Positions 43,146 through 55,622 of a DNA stretch of 64,000 nucleotides are shown in pieces; the stretch's first letter is position 1, and every line of letters starts with the position of its first letter. The DNA is taken from the NCBI GenBank assembly GCA_013265495.1, contig MU058252.1:62001-126000 (forward strand), in the 5' to 3' direction. A program made the translations under genes and the position numbers. The notes beneath the pieces are model-generated. The model had not been told where the DNA came from. It ran no database searches and saw only the letters and a list, made by a program, of their open reading frames with translations. The DNA comes from Vicugna vicugna (lineage: Eukaryota).

Positions 43146-43622
43146 TGGAGAAGACAATTTTAAGATGACAGAGCAAGAAGAGCTGGCAAAGATCACAGAT
43201 AACCACCAGAATATAGAAATGTGCTTTGGGAGATCCTAGAAATTAGCAGGTGAGGAGTGCCGAGTAGAAGAGTAGAAAAGAATTTCAGGTATTTTTATCC
43301 ATATATTAAAAAGAATTTTTGCAACAAGAAAGCTACAAAGGGCTCAGAAATCTTGGTTACACATAATTTCTATCAACATATAACAAATGAATCCAAGGAG
43401 AACACAGTCTTTGACCAGGAGAGGGGTCGAGAATGTGGCTCAAACCTTCCAGGGAAAAGGAGAAGGGGAGAAGTCTGGAGGGTAGACCAAGACCAAAATC
43501 ATCTTGAACTTTTTCCAAAAACTGAATTTCATCCCTGTGTTCTTAGAAGAAGTATTAGTGGTATTTCCCTAGGGGAGGAAAAAATAGATTCAACTTGCAC
43601 AAATATGAGAGAACAGAAGGCT

Positions 43623-43628
43623 TTTATT
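43623..43628 (-). terminator. Candidate GIMAP4 poly(A) signal
   Basis: tttatt (AATAAA on the minus strand) about 855 nt past the stop. Confidence 0.45.
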
Positions 43629-44482
43629 ATAATAACGATAAGCAAACAATTCAACTGGGTAGGGCAGCAGTGGGCCCACAACCCGCCAAGCAGTGAGTAA
43701 TCAAGGTGTGGGTGATGGAGGTGGGGTAGCAGCAGTTAACGTCACAGGGAGAGAACTGGGTATTGAGTAGATTGGTTTATATTGGTGAAGGAGTTTCTAC
43801 AGATAACATCTGAACCACCCCATATACGTTGTTCGATCTCTGTTCAATCTCTGCCTTTCACTCTTTCTGACATTATCCTTAGTTGAGTTCTTTCCAGATA
43901 ACTGTTTGCTCATCAACGGGCAGATGGTAAGAAACAATTTGAGCCCTTCTGTAAAACCGTAAGTAAACAAATTTCCATTCATCTAGAAATAATTCCCTAA
44001 GCACCTCCATCCATAAGCTTAACAAATGCAAAGAATTGATCTTTCTAATATAGGGGTAAAATGATCACTGGTCTGAAGGGCAAAGTAAGTCAGAAGAAGG
44101 CACAGCAGGGAGATTACCTACCAATCTAGAAAGAACCTAGAGTGGAAACTTTTACTAGGGATAAGCAGAGAAAGCTTGGGGTCATCTCTTTTGGTCACCT
44201 GCATTCCTTTTCTCTGTGCCTCTGAGAAAGAATTCAAAGTTAAGGAGCATCAGTACTTCTGCTTTGGAGTTTCACAAACTGAGAATTTGGCCTTCCCCTG
44301 TAAACCAATCAAGCTATCTACCAATTGCCAACAGTGAACTTTACTGTGCTCCTTAGTCCTGAGAGCCTGAGAGCCAGAAAAGGAAGGGTGCTTTGATTTC
44401 GGTGACTGAGTTCTATGGGGCAGGGCCACCCAAAAATATGCAGGAAATACAGACAGATTTTCATTGAGTTTAATCTTAATGT

Positions 44483-45393
44483 TTATTCCCAAAACACAGA
44501 GAAAAGAAAGGAAGCAACCTTCCACGCTAATAAGATGAATTCAAGTATCACATCCTGATCCTCAACTTCATCTCTGGCATTTTGCTGCCTTAAAGCACAG
44601 AAACTTTCCCTTTCTTCCAATTCCCTCCTCATTTGTGCCATTTGCTTCCCGCGCTCCAGCTCATCCTTCAGCTCTCTGATTTCCTTTTCATACTTCTCTC
44701 TCATCTGCACTTTCTCTCTCTCTAGCTCTGCTATGTAGATTTGGATTTGTTTCTGAATTTGCACCTCGGCCTTTTGATAAATTTCATTAGTGTAGCATCC
44801 TCCACACTTCACGACCAAGTGCTCGACCATGGCCAGCAGCTGCTCCCTCTGGTTCTCCTGCTCAGCTCCTGTCGCCTTGTTGTTGAACACACAGTAGCGA
44901 TTTTCGAACTTGCCCATCAGCTTTCGAATGCCTTCTGGAGCTTCCTTTAAGTAATCGTGGAAATCAGTGCCATCCAAGTCATCCTTCCGGGTAAATAAGA
45001 GAATCATGTGTTTTCTAGCTCTCTCTCCAAACAAGTTCAGGATCTTCTCCGTGGCTTCGTGCTCTTCCAGCGTGTAACGGCCCAGCGGGACCACGAGGAG
45101 CAGAGCGTGAGGCCCCGGGGAGGTCAGGGCCATGCAGCGAGCAATCTCCCTTTGAGTGTCAGCATCCTGTACGTCGGTGTCAAAAACGCCAGGCGTATCC
45201 ACGACAACAACTTCTCTCCCCTTCCAGGCAGTTTTTTCTTTCTTACAGAACTTGGTGATGGATTTTGCCGAAATGCCAGAAGGAAACTCCTTCTTTCCAA
45301 GGATGCTGTTCCCTGTGGCACTTTTTCCTGCTCCAGTTTTACCCACTAAGACAAGTCTCAGTTGCGAAGCTCTGTGGTCTTGGTTTCCAAGCC
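44483..45393 (-). CDS. GIMAP4: GIMAP4 main coding exon; spliced product 316 aa
   Basis: Acceptor gatgttccag| (AG at 45395-45394), phase 1. Motifs [38 protein letters not shown]. Long coiled-coil and the ending [21 protein letters not shown] resemble recalled human GIMAP4. Confidence 0.93.
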
Positions 45394-47149
45394 CTGGAAC
45401 ATCAGGAAACAAAAGTCACAGTGTTAGGGTAGACCTCCAACTGTCTCCCCGGCAGGACCACCCTCACCGCCGCACTGGTGCCCTTCTCTGTGGCTTGCCA
45501 GGCTTCTGCCCATGAGTGGCCTCTGCACTCACGGGAGGTCCATGAAAAGCCCCGTGGGCCTGATGTCCTCCTGGCAGTATTTGGACACTTGCCCAAGTAC
45601 TTTTCAGGATCTCCTTGAGCTTCTTACTCTGACTTTGTGTAGTTAAGTGGCCCACAGAGGAGGAAACCAAATGGTTAAAGGGGAGAATTCTGAGCTGCTA
45701 CTGGTTGCTGTTTTTCAGAAGATAACCAGGGAGTAATACAAAATCGACTTTGGGACATCATAGAGGGACATCCTCCCCACCTAATTTATTTTCAAATTGG
45801 AACATTTCTTTTTCCCATTAAGAAGCCGGGCAAATGGGTTATACAACCCATCTCACCCTTGCAGGGTAGAAAAGAGACCCATGCAGGAAGACAAAGTATC
45901 CCTTCATCCTTCATGCACGCAGCAATCCGATCAGAGATGGTGACCCTCAGAAAAACAAAATACTTCACATTTACAGTTACTGACCTTAGTTAAGAAATCT
46001 AGCTGAGAGAGGTGACTAGGCAGGCTTATGCCCCTGGACGATTAACAAGGGGAAGAAAGTGCCAGGCTGGTGAAAGGCAGGACATTTCTCTCATCCCACA
46101 GCTCCTCTTTAATTCCAAGGACATAATCCTACAACAGGACGATTTATGTCCCACAACTGCTGCGTTGATTCCTAGGACACACCCCAGTATTTCAGTGTTT
46201 GTTCTCTTTCTCCCCCTGAAGCTTCTGTTTTAGGGCTGAGCATGCTAAGCACATACTCTACCACTGAGCTGTACCCTCTCCCACCAAAACCATATTTTCA
46301 GAATAACTGTGCTGGAACTTAAACACCAAATTATCTAATAGCTCTTTTTTTCCAAGCCTGTTTTTCCAAGCAGGCAGACCGTGCCAAAATGACCCTTGAA
46401 TATAAGACTGAGTCCTGCATGAGGAATCCTGTGTTATAACCATCTATTTCAGCCTTTAGACAATGCGTACATTATCTCACTTCCAACGTTATAGACACTG
46501 TTATAAACTCCGATTTATTTTCAGAAATATCATCACCATTCACTCAGTTCCTCAGACTAAAAATCTAAGCTTCACTCTTGATTACTTTCTTTCCCCTACC
46601 TTCCATATCCAGCCCATCAGCAAGTTCTCTTGGCTCCACTCACTAATCTGTTTCTATTTTGAAGACCACCATACTAGCTCAAGTTACCATTACCATCTAT
46701 GCCTTGGTAGTCTCCTAAATGGCTTCTCTACTTCCATTTTGCCCCTTTCAGTCTATTATGCAAATTGGAATAGTTTTTAAAAATAATCAGTCAAACAGAA
46801 GAGGGAAATTGTGGAACCCCTCACTTCGGCTTCCACAAAATTTCCCACAGTTGACAGCCAGAATCCTGGGATGAAAGAGGTAAATTTCCCAAAGCTGAGA
46901 ACACTGGATACAGGATGGCTAAGATTATCTAAGGAAAAATGTGGGTGGGAGTTCAGACTATTATTAGTTAGCATCACAGTGGAGACTCCAACCTAAGGAT
47001 ATCCTGAGGGCATCGGTTGGCCAGTTGGCTATAGAGAGAGGGAGCAGGAAAACCAAGAAAGGCACCAAAAGACAAAAGGCACCAAAGGCCAGCTCCAGCA
47101 CTGCAACAACCTGTCAGCGTTGATAGCATGTGGATGGCAACGGACATGA

Positions 47150-47688
47150 TAGATTGCAGATACAGCCATGGATGGTCTCATCTCTGTACTCAGGCCTCTT
47201 TGGGATGTGGGTTTGCAGCTCCTCTCATCAAGATGCTGTTTATCCAGCCCTTGAATATGACTAGGCATTGTGACTGGCTTTGGACAACAGGATAGTGAAC
47301 TCACAATCCAGCAGAGACTCCAAGAGTGCTGACACATTGGAGTTTGCTTTCTCTTTCTGCTTTTTGGGACCTTGCCACTGCCCTATGAAGAGGCCTGGAC
47401 TAGCCTACTTGATGAATAACACAAGGCCCCACTATCCCTGTCCCCTTGGTCTGCCCAGGAGCCTGCTAACTACCAGACATGTCCATGAGGCTACCCAGGA
47501 TTATCCAGTTGCATCTTAATCACCAGCTTACCCTACATGCATGAGTGAGTCTGGCTAGGATTAGTCGAGATGGCCCAGACCCAAGGACTGCCAGTTGACC
47601 CACCAAATCGAGAGCCAACTAAATAGGTGATGTTTTAGGCAACTAAATGGTGTGTGGTTTGCTAAACCAGCAAAAGCTCAAATGACAT
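47150..47688 (+). mobile_element. MaLR LTR (MLT1F/G-like) in GIMAP4 intron
   Basis: tttgcagctcctctcatcaaga...cccttgaat...gtgactggctttgg...tgttttaggcaactaaa...cagcaaaagct. Confidence 0.65.
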
Positions 47689-48188
47689 AATCTATTTCTA
47701 TGGATAAGGGAGTAGAGGGAGGGCTATGCGAGAAACTGAGTGACCAGTCTGTTCAATTTGTTGGTTATAGTGAGGCCACCAGGAGCAGGGCAATTAGGGA
47801 CCTGAACAAGGAATTGATTACACTCACATTCCTCCTTCCTGATCCTCTCTCAGGCTGAAGAAAGGGGCAGAAAAACAACTATAGAGGCTACAACCTGATG
47901 TTCTGGTGTGCCCACATGGTAGGAAGTAGGAAATAAGAAACTCATTATGCTCAGGATCAATCAATATATTTTAATCTCTCTTTCTCTTAGCTGTTAAGCT
48001 ACATCATGAGGAGAAAGTGTAGAGGGTTGAGAGAAATGAAAGAGCAGAGTAAATGGAGGGAAAATAAGAAATGAAGTTGAACTATTTTGCTCTTGCTCAG
48101 ATGGGGACGGGCCTACAGGGTAAGAGAGGACCCCCACCCAGTCCTCCTCCCTCTAGCCTGGCCTGCCAAGCCCCCAGCAGCCCCTCAC

Positions 48189-48228
48189 CACAACTGGTCC
48201 TGGGATCGCTGGAGTATTGGGTTTCCAT
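48189..48228 (-). CDS. GIMAP4: GIMAP4 first coding exon (METQYSSDPRTSC-G)
   Basis: Acceptor tttacag| (exon starts 48242), Kozak accATGg at 48228, 40 coding nt, donor G|gtgagg. In frame with the main exon. Resembles recalled human MAAQYGS..P.ASYG. Confidence 0.85.
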
Positions 48229-48329
48229 GGTAATTTGAATTCCTGTAAATAAAAAAAATAACTATATCATTTTGGGGAAATGGAAAGTAACCGGAAAGGT
48301 CAACCTCACATAACCAATCATTTCTCTGT

Positions 48330-49475
48330 TTTCATAATCTTGCTATTCTATTTCTCAATACGTCTCAAATCTCTGTTTCCAGCCTCGTTTTCAGATTGTT
48401 CGTTTTTCTTTACACACATGTAAGTGCTCCAAGCGCTTCCTTGGCACTAGTTCTGAGTGCCCCTCCCCACTCTATTCAATGAATTTTTGCTTTGAATGCC
48501 AATTATATGCAGTCTGTAGCCTAGACCCTCCTCAGAGGTCCACACTTTTATATCCCATTCAACTTCAAAATTTGGCCATTTTATGGACATCTCAAACAGA
48601 ACTCAAGCAAAACGGAACCCTTTACCTCCATCCCCAGCCTGGTCCCCATTTCAGTCAATCGCATCACCCAGTGGTTCATGCAGACTCTTGGGGTCATCTA
48701 CAACACTTCATTCCTCACTTGCTCATCAGTTCATCGACAAATTCTATTGATTTTACTTCCAAAAAAAATGCAAGATTATCGAGGTCTCCCCTTCTTCATG
48801 TGAATCCATTCCACTGCCATTGGTTTACAACGTAACAGGTTCCTAACTGATATCTCATCCTTAATCCCTTCTCTACTCAATAATCAGATGCCTTTTAAAA
48901 AAATTGAAATTTGGTTTTTTTCTTGTTTAAATTCCTTAATGAATTCCTTTTGCTTTTTATTTTTCAAATGGTGGGAAATCGTTGGAATGGTCCAGAAGGC
49001 CCTGCCTGATCAATTACTCCCTCTCTCAAAAGATTTTAGCTACACTGGCCTCCTCACTGCTCCCTGCATCCTCTAAGCTCCTTCCAGCTTCTAGACCCTT
49101 GAAGCTTCTAGTTCCTCCTTTCTAGAGCACTCCCACTCCAATTCAGTGCTCAGCTCATTCCTGCTCAGCCCTCAGGCCTCAGTTCTCTGTCATTTCTCCA
49201 GAGAGGGCTTATTTCCCCACCTCGACCCCCAACTCCATCACACCCAACAAGCTAGCTTTGATGTGGAGTTTGTTCTAATTGCACTCCAAGAGTTTCTGCA
49301 GAATACATACTACAAGAGGAAGTTGTTTGTCTGATTCTTTGCTGTCTTCTTGTAGACTGGAAGCTTTGTGGTTTTGAACCCTCTGTGTCTTGTATGTCCG
49401 TTTACTCCGTGGGGGTAAGCACAATATTGGACAAAGAATGGTTCTCAATAAGTATTTGTTAAACAAGTGAATTGA
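48330..49475 (+). mobile_element. L2 LINE remnant
   Basis: Degenerate L2 text ending gcacaata...ggttctcaataagtatttgttaaacaagtgaat. Confidence 0.6.
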
Positions 49476-50708
49476 TTTTTTAAAAAATCCCTCTGATTCT
49501 TGCCTCTACACTGATTGATCTTTACGTCCAGCCCACATCCAGTTTGTGAAAAAGATGATCTTTTCCTTGTTAACAATGCCTAGTTTTATTGAAACATGGT
49601 ATTACATTTGAAATGTTTTCTCTCATTGCTACCTACTAATGTCTGGCAATGGAGAAAGCCATTTGAAGAACTCTTATTAGAGCAGATTTTATCTAGAACA
49701 GGCTGAAAAGGCAAGACGGGCTCATCTGATGGAAGCTATCAAATACAAATATGAAACAATGTTAGAAAGACGGTACTTCTTTAGAAAGTGGATTAGGTAT
49801 AAGGAGTAGGAAATAGCTTCTTGAAAACTGGAAAGAGAAATCACAGAATTAAGAAAACAATCGTCTTTGACCACAAAACTGATGTTGGTGATTGGTGTTA
49901 GGAGAAGGGGCAGAATACCAAAATAGGAAAACACAAGATTTTAGGTATTTCTTAAGGTCCTCCTTCCAGTATGTGGGCTCTTTCTGCAGCATTCTTTAGT
50001 GCTGTTCTGTTTATCCTAATTCAGATGTAAAACCAGAGGACCACACTTTCCTACGTACTGATGTTGGACGGCTGAATTCTCCTATTCCTGCCTAAGAAAC
50101 GAGCATCCATTGGTCCCCAGCTTCTCCTGAACTGCAAACAATAACATGGGCTGGCATCTGCCTCCTTCTTTCTCCTAAAAGTCGCCCTTGCCCAAGTCTA
50201 GGTGAGGCCCAGTAAGGGACTGTTCCTGAGGAGGAAAGTTCCAAAGGGGCAGCTCTGAGCAGACAGTTAACTGGGCAGCAGAGCCTCTGATCTTGACCTG
50301 TTTGCTGGTTTATGAACAGGGGGTGTGATGAGCTGTGCCTCTTACATCTCCCAGTGCTCTTCACACTACCAGCTCCCCACAGAACTGGTTTGATCTGCTC
50401 AAATAATCCTACTCCTGAGAACTTCAAGTTTATTTGTACATTCTATAAATGGTAAAAAGGAATCATTTATTTGTATAAGTATCCTCTGAGCAGTGACCCC
50501 GAAGAAGCATCAGTTTGTAGGGCTCAGTCTTCAAAACAGATCATAGCTTAAAATCAGCAAAGACAGGAAACAGGAACCAATGAGAAACATATTCTGAGAG
50601 CAAGTGTGCAGGGAGGTTTAAGATACAGATCCAGGGTCCCTTCTCCACCAAATCACACATTTCCCTCCCTCCATTCCCACACCCCCACAAACACCCTTAT
50701 TTACTTAC

Positions 50709-50820
50709 TTGGAAAGTCCAGGTCCTGCCCTCTGCTCTAACTTTGAAGACAATGCTAAGCCAGGAAGTGATGCTGAGCTGTTGAGAAGGAGGAGGAAAGA
50801 GGAAGTGAGAGGAGGAGATG
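50709..50820 (-). promoter_or_regulatory. Candidate GIMAP4 promoter and non-coding exon 1
   Basis: Minus-strand donor ccaa|gtaagt at 50708. Two ETS sites (caggaagtg 50761-50769, aggaagtg 50800-50807) in a purine/pyrimidine-biased stretch. Confidence 0.5.
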
Positions 50821-50854
50821 TCCAAACTTGCTCATTCAAGAGATCTGCCCACCT

Positions 50855-51062
50855 CATCATGCAGCAGCACTAGACCTTTCTGCAATAATAGAATTGTTTT
50901 GAGCGGTTCAGTGTGGCAGTCATTGACCATGTGGGCTGAGTAGCGCATGAAATGTGATGAGTGTAAGTGAAGAATTGAATTTTTAATTTTATTTCATTTT
51001 GACTAAATTTAAAGTTAAGTAGCCAAATCTGCCTAGTTGCTACCATATTTTAGACCATGCAT
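50855..51062. mobile_element. MER3-like hAT DNA transposon
   Basis: ctttctgcaataatag...tgaaatgtg...gaattgaatttttaattttatttcatttt..taaatttaaa..tagcca...ctagttgctaccatatt. Confidence 0.8.
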
Positions 51063-51149
51063 ATACTCTGCAGGGAGGGAAGAAACATGGGTCATGCTAT
51101 AAAATTTGAGAAAAAAACCCTGGGTCAAAACCAGAGAGTTGCCACTCAG

Positions 51150-53280
51150 AGTGTGGCCAAGATGGCAGAGTGAGAAGATCCCAAGCTCACCTGCTCCTAT
51201 GGGCACAGCAAAAATACAGCTATTTAGAGAGCAACTCTGACCTACAAGCCAGCAGAAAAGATTTTCCACAACTGGAGGTATAAAGAAGGAACCACAACAA
51301 GACAGGAGGGGGCACAGTCAAGATCCACACCCCTAGGTGGGTGACCCACAAACAAGAAGGGAATGACAAGCACAGACATTGTCCCCAAGGAGCAAGGGGA
51401 GAACCCACTGCCGAGTCCCAGCCTGAACCAGAAAGATGAGTTCCCAGAACATCTGGCTTTGAAGGCCGGACGGGCTTTCTGTGGGAGAGCCAGAAGGCTG
51501 TGGGAGATAGAGACGTCACTCTTAAAGAGCACAAACAAAATCTCACATGCTCTGAGACCCAGCACGGAGGCAGTAATTTGGAAGGAATCTGGGGAAGCAC
51601 AATACCCTCCAGATCCATCCATGTTGCTGCAAATCTCATTATTTCATGCTTTTTTGTGACTGAGTATGTATGTATCTCACATCTTCTTTATCCATTCATC
51701 TATTGATAGACTCATGTTGCTTCTGTATCTTGGCAAATGTAAGGAATGCTGCTATGAACATTGGGGTGCATGTATCGTTTTGAATTAGTGTTTTCATTTT
51801 TTCAGATATATACCTGGAAGTAGAATGGCTGGGTCACATTATGTTTCTATTCTTAGGGTTTTTTAAAAATCATTTTTTATTGATTTAGAATCATTTTACA
51901 ATGTTGTGTCAAATTCCAGAGTAGAGCACAATTTTTCAATTATACATGAACATATACATATATATATACATATATTCATTGTCACATTTTTTTTCTCTCT
52001 GAGCTACCATAAGATCTTGTATATATTACCCTGTGCTATACAGTATAGTCTTGTTTATCTATTCTACATTTTGAAATCCCAGTCTATCCCATCCCACCCC
52101 CTGCCCCCTTGGAAACCACAGGTTTCTATTCTATGTCTATGAGTCTGTTTCTGTTTTGTATGTATGTTTTGTTTGTTTGTTTGTTTGTTTTGAGATTCCA
52201 CATATGAGCAATCTCATATGGTATTTTTCTTTCCCTTTCTGGCTTACTTCACTTAGAATGACATTCTCTAGGAGCATCCATGTTGCTGCAAATGGCATTA
52301 TGTTGTTGGGTTTTATGGCTGAATACTATTCCAGTGTATAATTATACCACATCTTCTTTATCCAGTTATCTGTTGATGGACATTTGGACTGTTTCCATGT
52401 CTTGGCTATTGTAAATAGGGCTGCTATGAATGTTGGGGTGCATGTGTCATTTTGGAGTAGGGTTCCTTCTGGATATATGCCCAGGAGTGGGAATCCTGGC
52501 TCATACTGTAAGTCTATTCTTAGCCTTTTGAGGAATTTCCATACTGTTTTCCACAGTGGCTGCACCAAACTGCATTCCCTCCAACAGTGTATGAGGGTCC
52601 CCTTTTCTCCCCAGCCTCTCTAGCATTTGTCATTTGTGGGTTTTTGAATGGTGGCCATTCTGACTGGTGTGAGGTGGTAGCCATTCTGAGTGAGGTGGTA
52701 CCTCATTGTAGTTCCGATTTGCATTTCTCTGATAATTAGTGATATTGAGCATTTTTTCATGTGCCTATTGATCACTGGTTTTTCTTTATAGCTTCAATTT
52801 CATTTTCATACTGTTTCCCATAGTGTCTGCACCAATTTACATTCCTACTAACAGTGTATGAGGGTTCCCCTTTTTCCACATCCTCACCAACTTTTGTTAT
52901 TTGTGTTCTTTTTTGATGATAGTCATTCTGACAGGGGTGAGGTTATATCTCAATATGGTTTTAATATGCACTTCCTTGATGATTAGCAATGTGGAGCATC
53001 TTTCCACATAACTCTTGGCCATTTGTATGTAATCTTTAGAAAAATCTCTCTTCAGGTCTTCTGCCCATTTGTTTTATTCGTTGTTGTTGTTGTTGTTGTT
53101 GTATGTTCCATTGTGTGAGCTGGTTGTATATGTTGGATATTAACCCCTTATTGGCCATATCACTTGCAATATTTTCTACTACACAGTAGGTTTTTTTCTT
53201 TTTGTTGATGGTTCCTTTGCTATGCAAAAGCTTTTGAGTTAAATTAGGTCTCATTTGTTTATTTTTGCTTTTTTTTTCAG
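51150..53280. mobile_element. L1 cluster: 5'UTR fragment (+, 51150-51600), older antisense L1 (51601-53280), nested young antisense L1 (~51865-52776)
   Basis: ggccaagatggcagag 5' end. Minus-strand ORFs read FAATWMDLEGI and [15 protein letters not shown]. The young copy carries the same 3'UTR as 35141-35460. Confidence 0.85.
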
Positions 53281-53469
53281 TGGCAAAGGAAAGCTTTATT
53301 CTTGGACCAAGGAATGGAGAGGTGTGAGTGAGCTGTACCACTGAGCTAGACCTTCCCACTCCCCGACACCTTCTCCTCTCAGCCCACTTCCCTGACAAGA
53401 ACCCTATAAAGCAGCCCACCCATAGCCTGTCAGGAGGGCTTGTAATCTAAGAGGGAAGTTTATAGAGAT

Positions 53470-54143
53470 ATAAGCTTACCTCAGGAAGGAAGAAAAATCT
53501 CAAATAAATAATCTAACCTTATATCTAAAAGAAATAGAGAAAGAAGAATAAACAAAACCCAAGGTTAGTAGAAGAAAAGAAACCATAAAGATTAGAGCAT
53601 AAATAAAATAGAGACTAAAAAAATGGCAAAGATCAATAAAACTAAAAGCTGGTTGTATGAAAAGATAAACAAAATTGATAAACCTTTAGCCAGACTTATC
53701 AAGAAAAAAGGGGAGAAGGCCCAAATCAATAAAATCAGAAATGAAAAAGGAGAAGTTAAAAATGACACCACAGAAATATAAGGGGGGTCATGAGACTACT
53801 ATGAATAAACATATGCCAATAAAATGGACAACCTAGAAGAAATGGACAAATCTTAGGAACATAGAATCTCCTAAGACTGAACCAAGAAGAAATTGAATAT
53901 ACAAACAGACCAATTACCAGTAATGAAATTGAATCTGTAATTTTAAAACCCCCAGCAAAAAAAAAGTCCAGGACCAGATGGCTTCACAGGAGAATTCTAC
54001 CAAATATTTAGATAAAAGTTAACACCTGTCCTTCTGAAACTATTGCAAAAAATTGCAGAGGAAGGAACACTTCTAAACTCGTTCTATGAGGTCAGCATTA
54101 TCCTCATACTTAAATCAGACAAAGATATTACACAAAAAAGAAA
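53470..54143 (+). mobile_element. Older L1 ORF2 fragment ending abruptly
   Basis: Encodes [14 protein letters not shown] and QKIAEEGTLLNSFYE. Stops at KDITQK, before the RT core. Confidence 0.85.
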
Positions 54144-55622
54144 ATGGAAGAGAACAGAGAGCCCAGAAATGAACCCACAAACTTTTGGTCAACTGATCTT
54201 CGACAAAGGAGGCAAGAATATACAATGGAATAAAGACAGTCTCTTCAGCAAATGGCGTTGGGAAAACTGGACAGCAACATGTAAATCAATCAAGCTAGAA
54301 CACTCCCTTACACCATACACAAAAATCAACTTAAAATGGATCAAAAACTTAAACATAAGACAAGGTACAATAAACCTCCTAGAAGAAAATATGGGCAAAA
54401 CAGTATCTGACATACATGTCAAAAATGTTCTCCTAGAACAGTTTACTCAAGCAATAGAAATAAAAGCAAGAATAGATAAATGGGACCTAATGAAACTTAC
54501 AAGCTTCTGCACAGCAAAGGAAACCATAAGTAAAACAAAACAACAACCTATGGAATGGGAGAAAAATTTTGCAAATGATGAAATGGACAAAGGCTTGATT
54601 TCCAGAATATATAAGCAGCTCACATGACATAATAAGACCCAATCCAAAAATGGGCAGAAGACCTAAACAAGCAATTTTCTAAGGAAGAAATACAAATAAT
54701 CAATAGACAAATGAAAAAACACTCAGTATCACTAATTATCAGAGAAATGCAAATCAAAACTACAATGAGGTATAATCTCACATCAGCCAGAATGGCCATC
54801 ATTCAAAAGTCCACAAATGACAAATGCTAGAGAGGCTGTGGAGAAAAGGGGACCCTCCTACACTGTTGGTGGGAATGCAGTTTGATGCAGCCATTGTGGA
54901 AAATAGTATGGAGATTCCTTAAAAGACTAGGAATTGACTTGCCATATGACCCAGTAATCCTGCTCCAGGGAAATATCCAGAAGGAACCCTACTTCAAAAA
55001 GACACCTGCAAAAGCCAAAGTGTCTTCAAAAAAAAAAAAGGTATCTGCATCCCAATGTTCATAGCAGCACTATTTACAACAGCCAAGACATGGAAACAGC
55101 CTAAATGCCCATCAACAGATGATTGGATAAAGAAGAAGTGGTATATTTATACAATGGAATACTATTCAGCCATAAAAACTGACAACATAAAGACAACATA
55201 ATTTGCAGCAACATGGATGTTCCTGGAGAATGTCATTTTAAGCGAAGTAAGCCAGAAAGAGAAAGAAAAATACCATATGCGATCACTCATATATGGAATC
55301 TAAAAAAAAGAAAGAAGGAAAGAAAAGAACATAAATACAAAACAGAAACAAACTCACAGACATCGAATACGAACTTGGGGTTGCCAAGGGGGTGGGTAGT
55401 GGGAATGGACAGACTGGGATTTCAAAATTTGTAGATACTGACAGGCATATGCAGAATAGGTAAACAAGATTATACTGTATAGCACAGGGAAATATATACA
55501 AGATCTTGTGGTAGCTCACAGTGAAAAAATATGTGACACTGAATAAGTGTATGTCCATGTATAGTTGGAGTTTGACACAGCATTGTAAAATGACTATAAC
55601 TCAATAAAAAAAGTTTAATAAT
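54144..55622 (+). mobile_element. 3' 1.5 kb of a young L1, apparently the true 3' end of the insertion starting at 28310
   Basis: About 90% similar to 34035-35462. Followed by candidate TSD aataataatatctc (55623-55636) and the resumed old host element. Confidence 0.9.

Noticed and set aside
54043..54627. 194-aa ORF as a novel gene
   Set aside because: It is a chance in-frame fusion of two L1 ORF2 fragments across the rearrangement junction.
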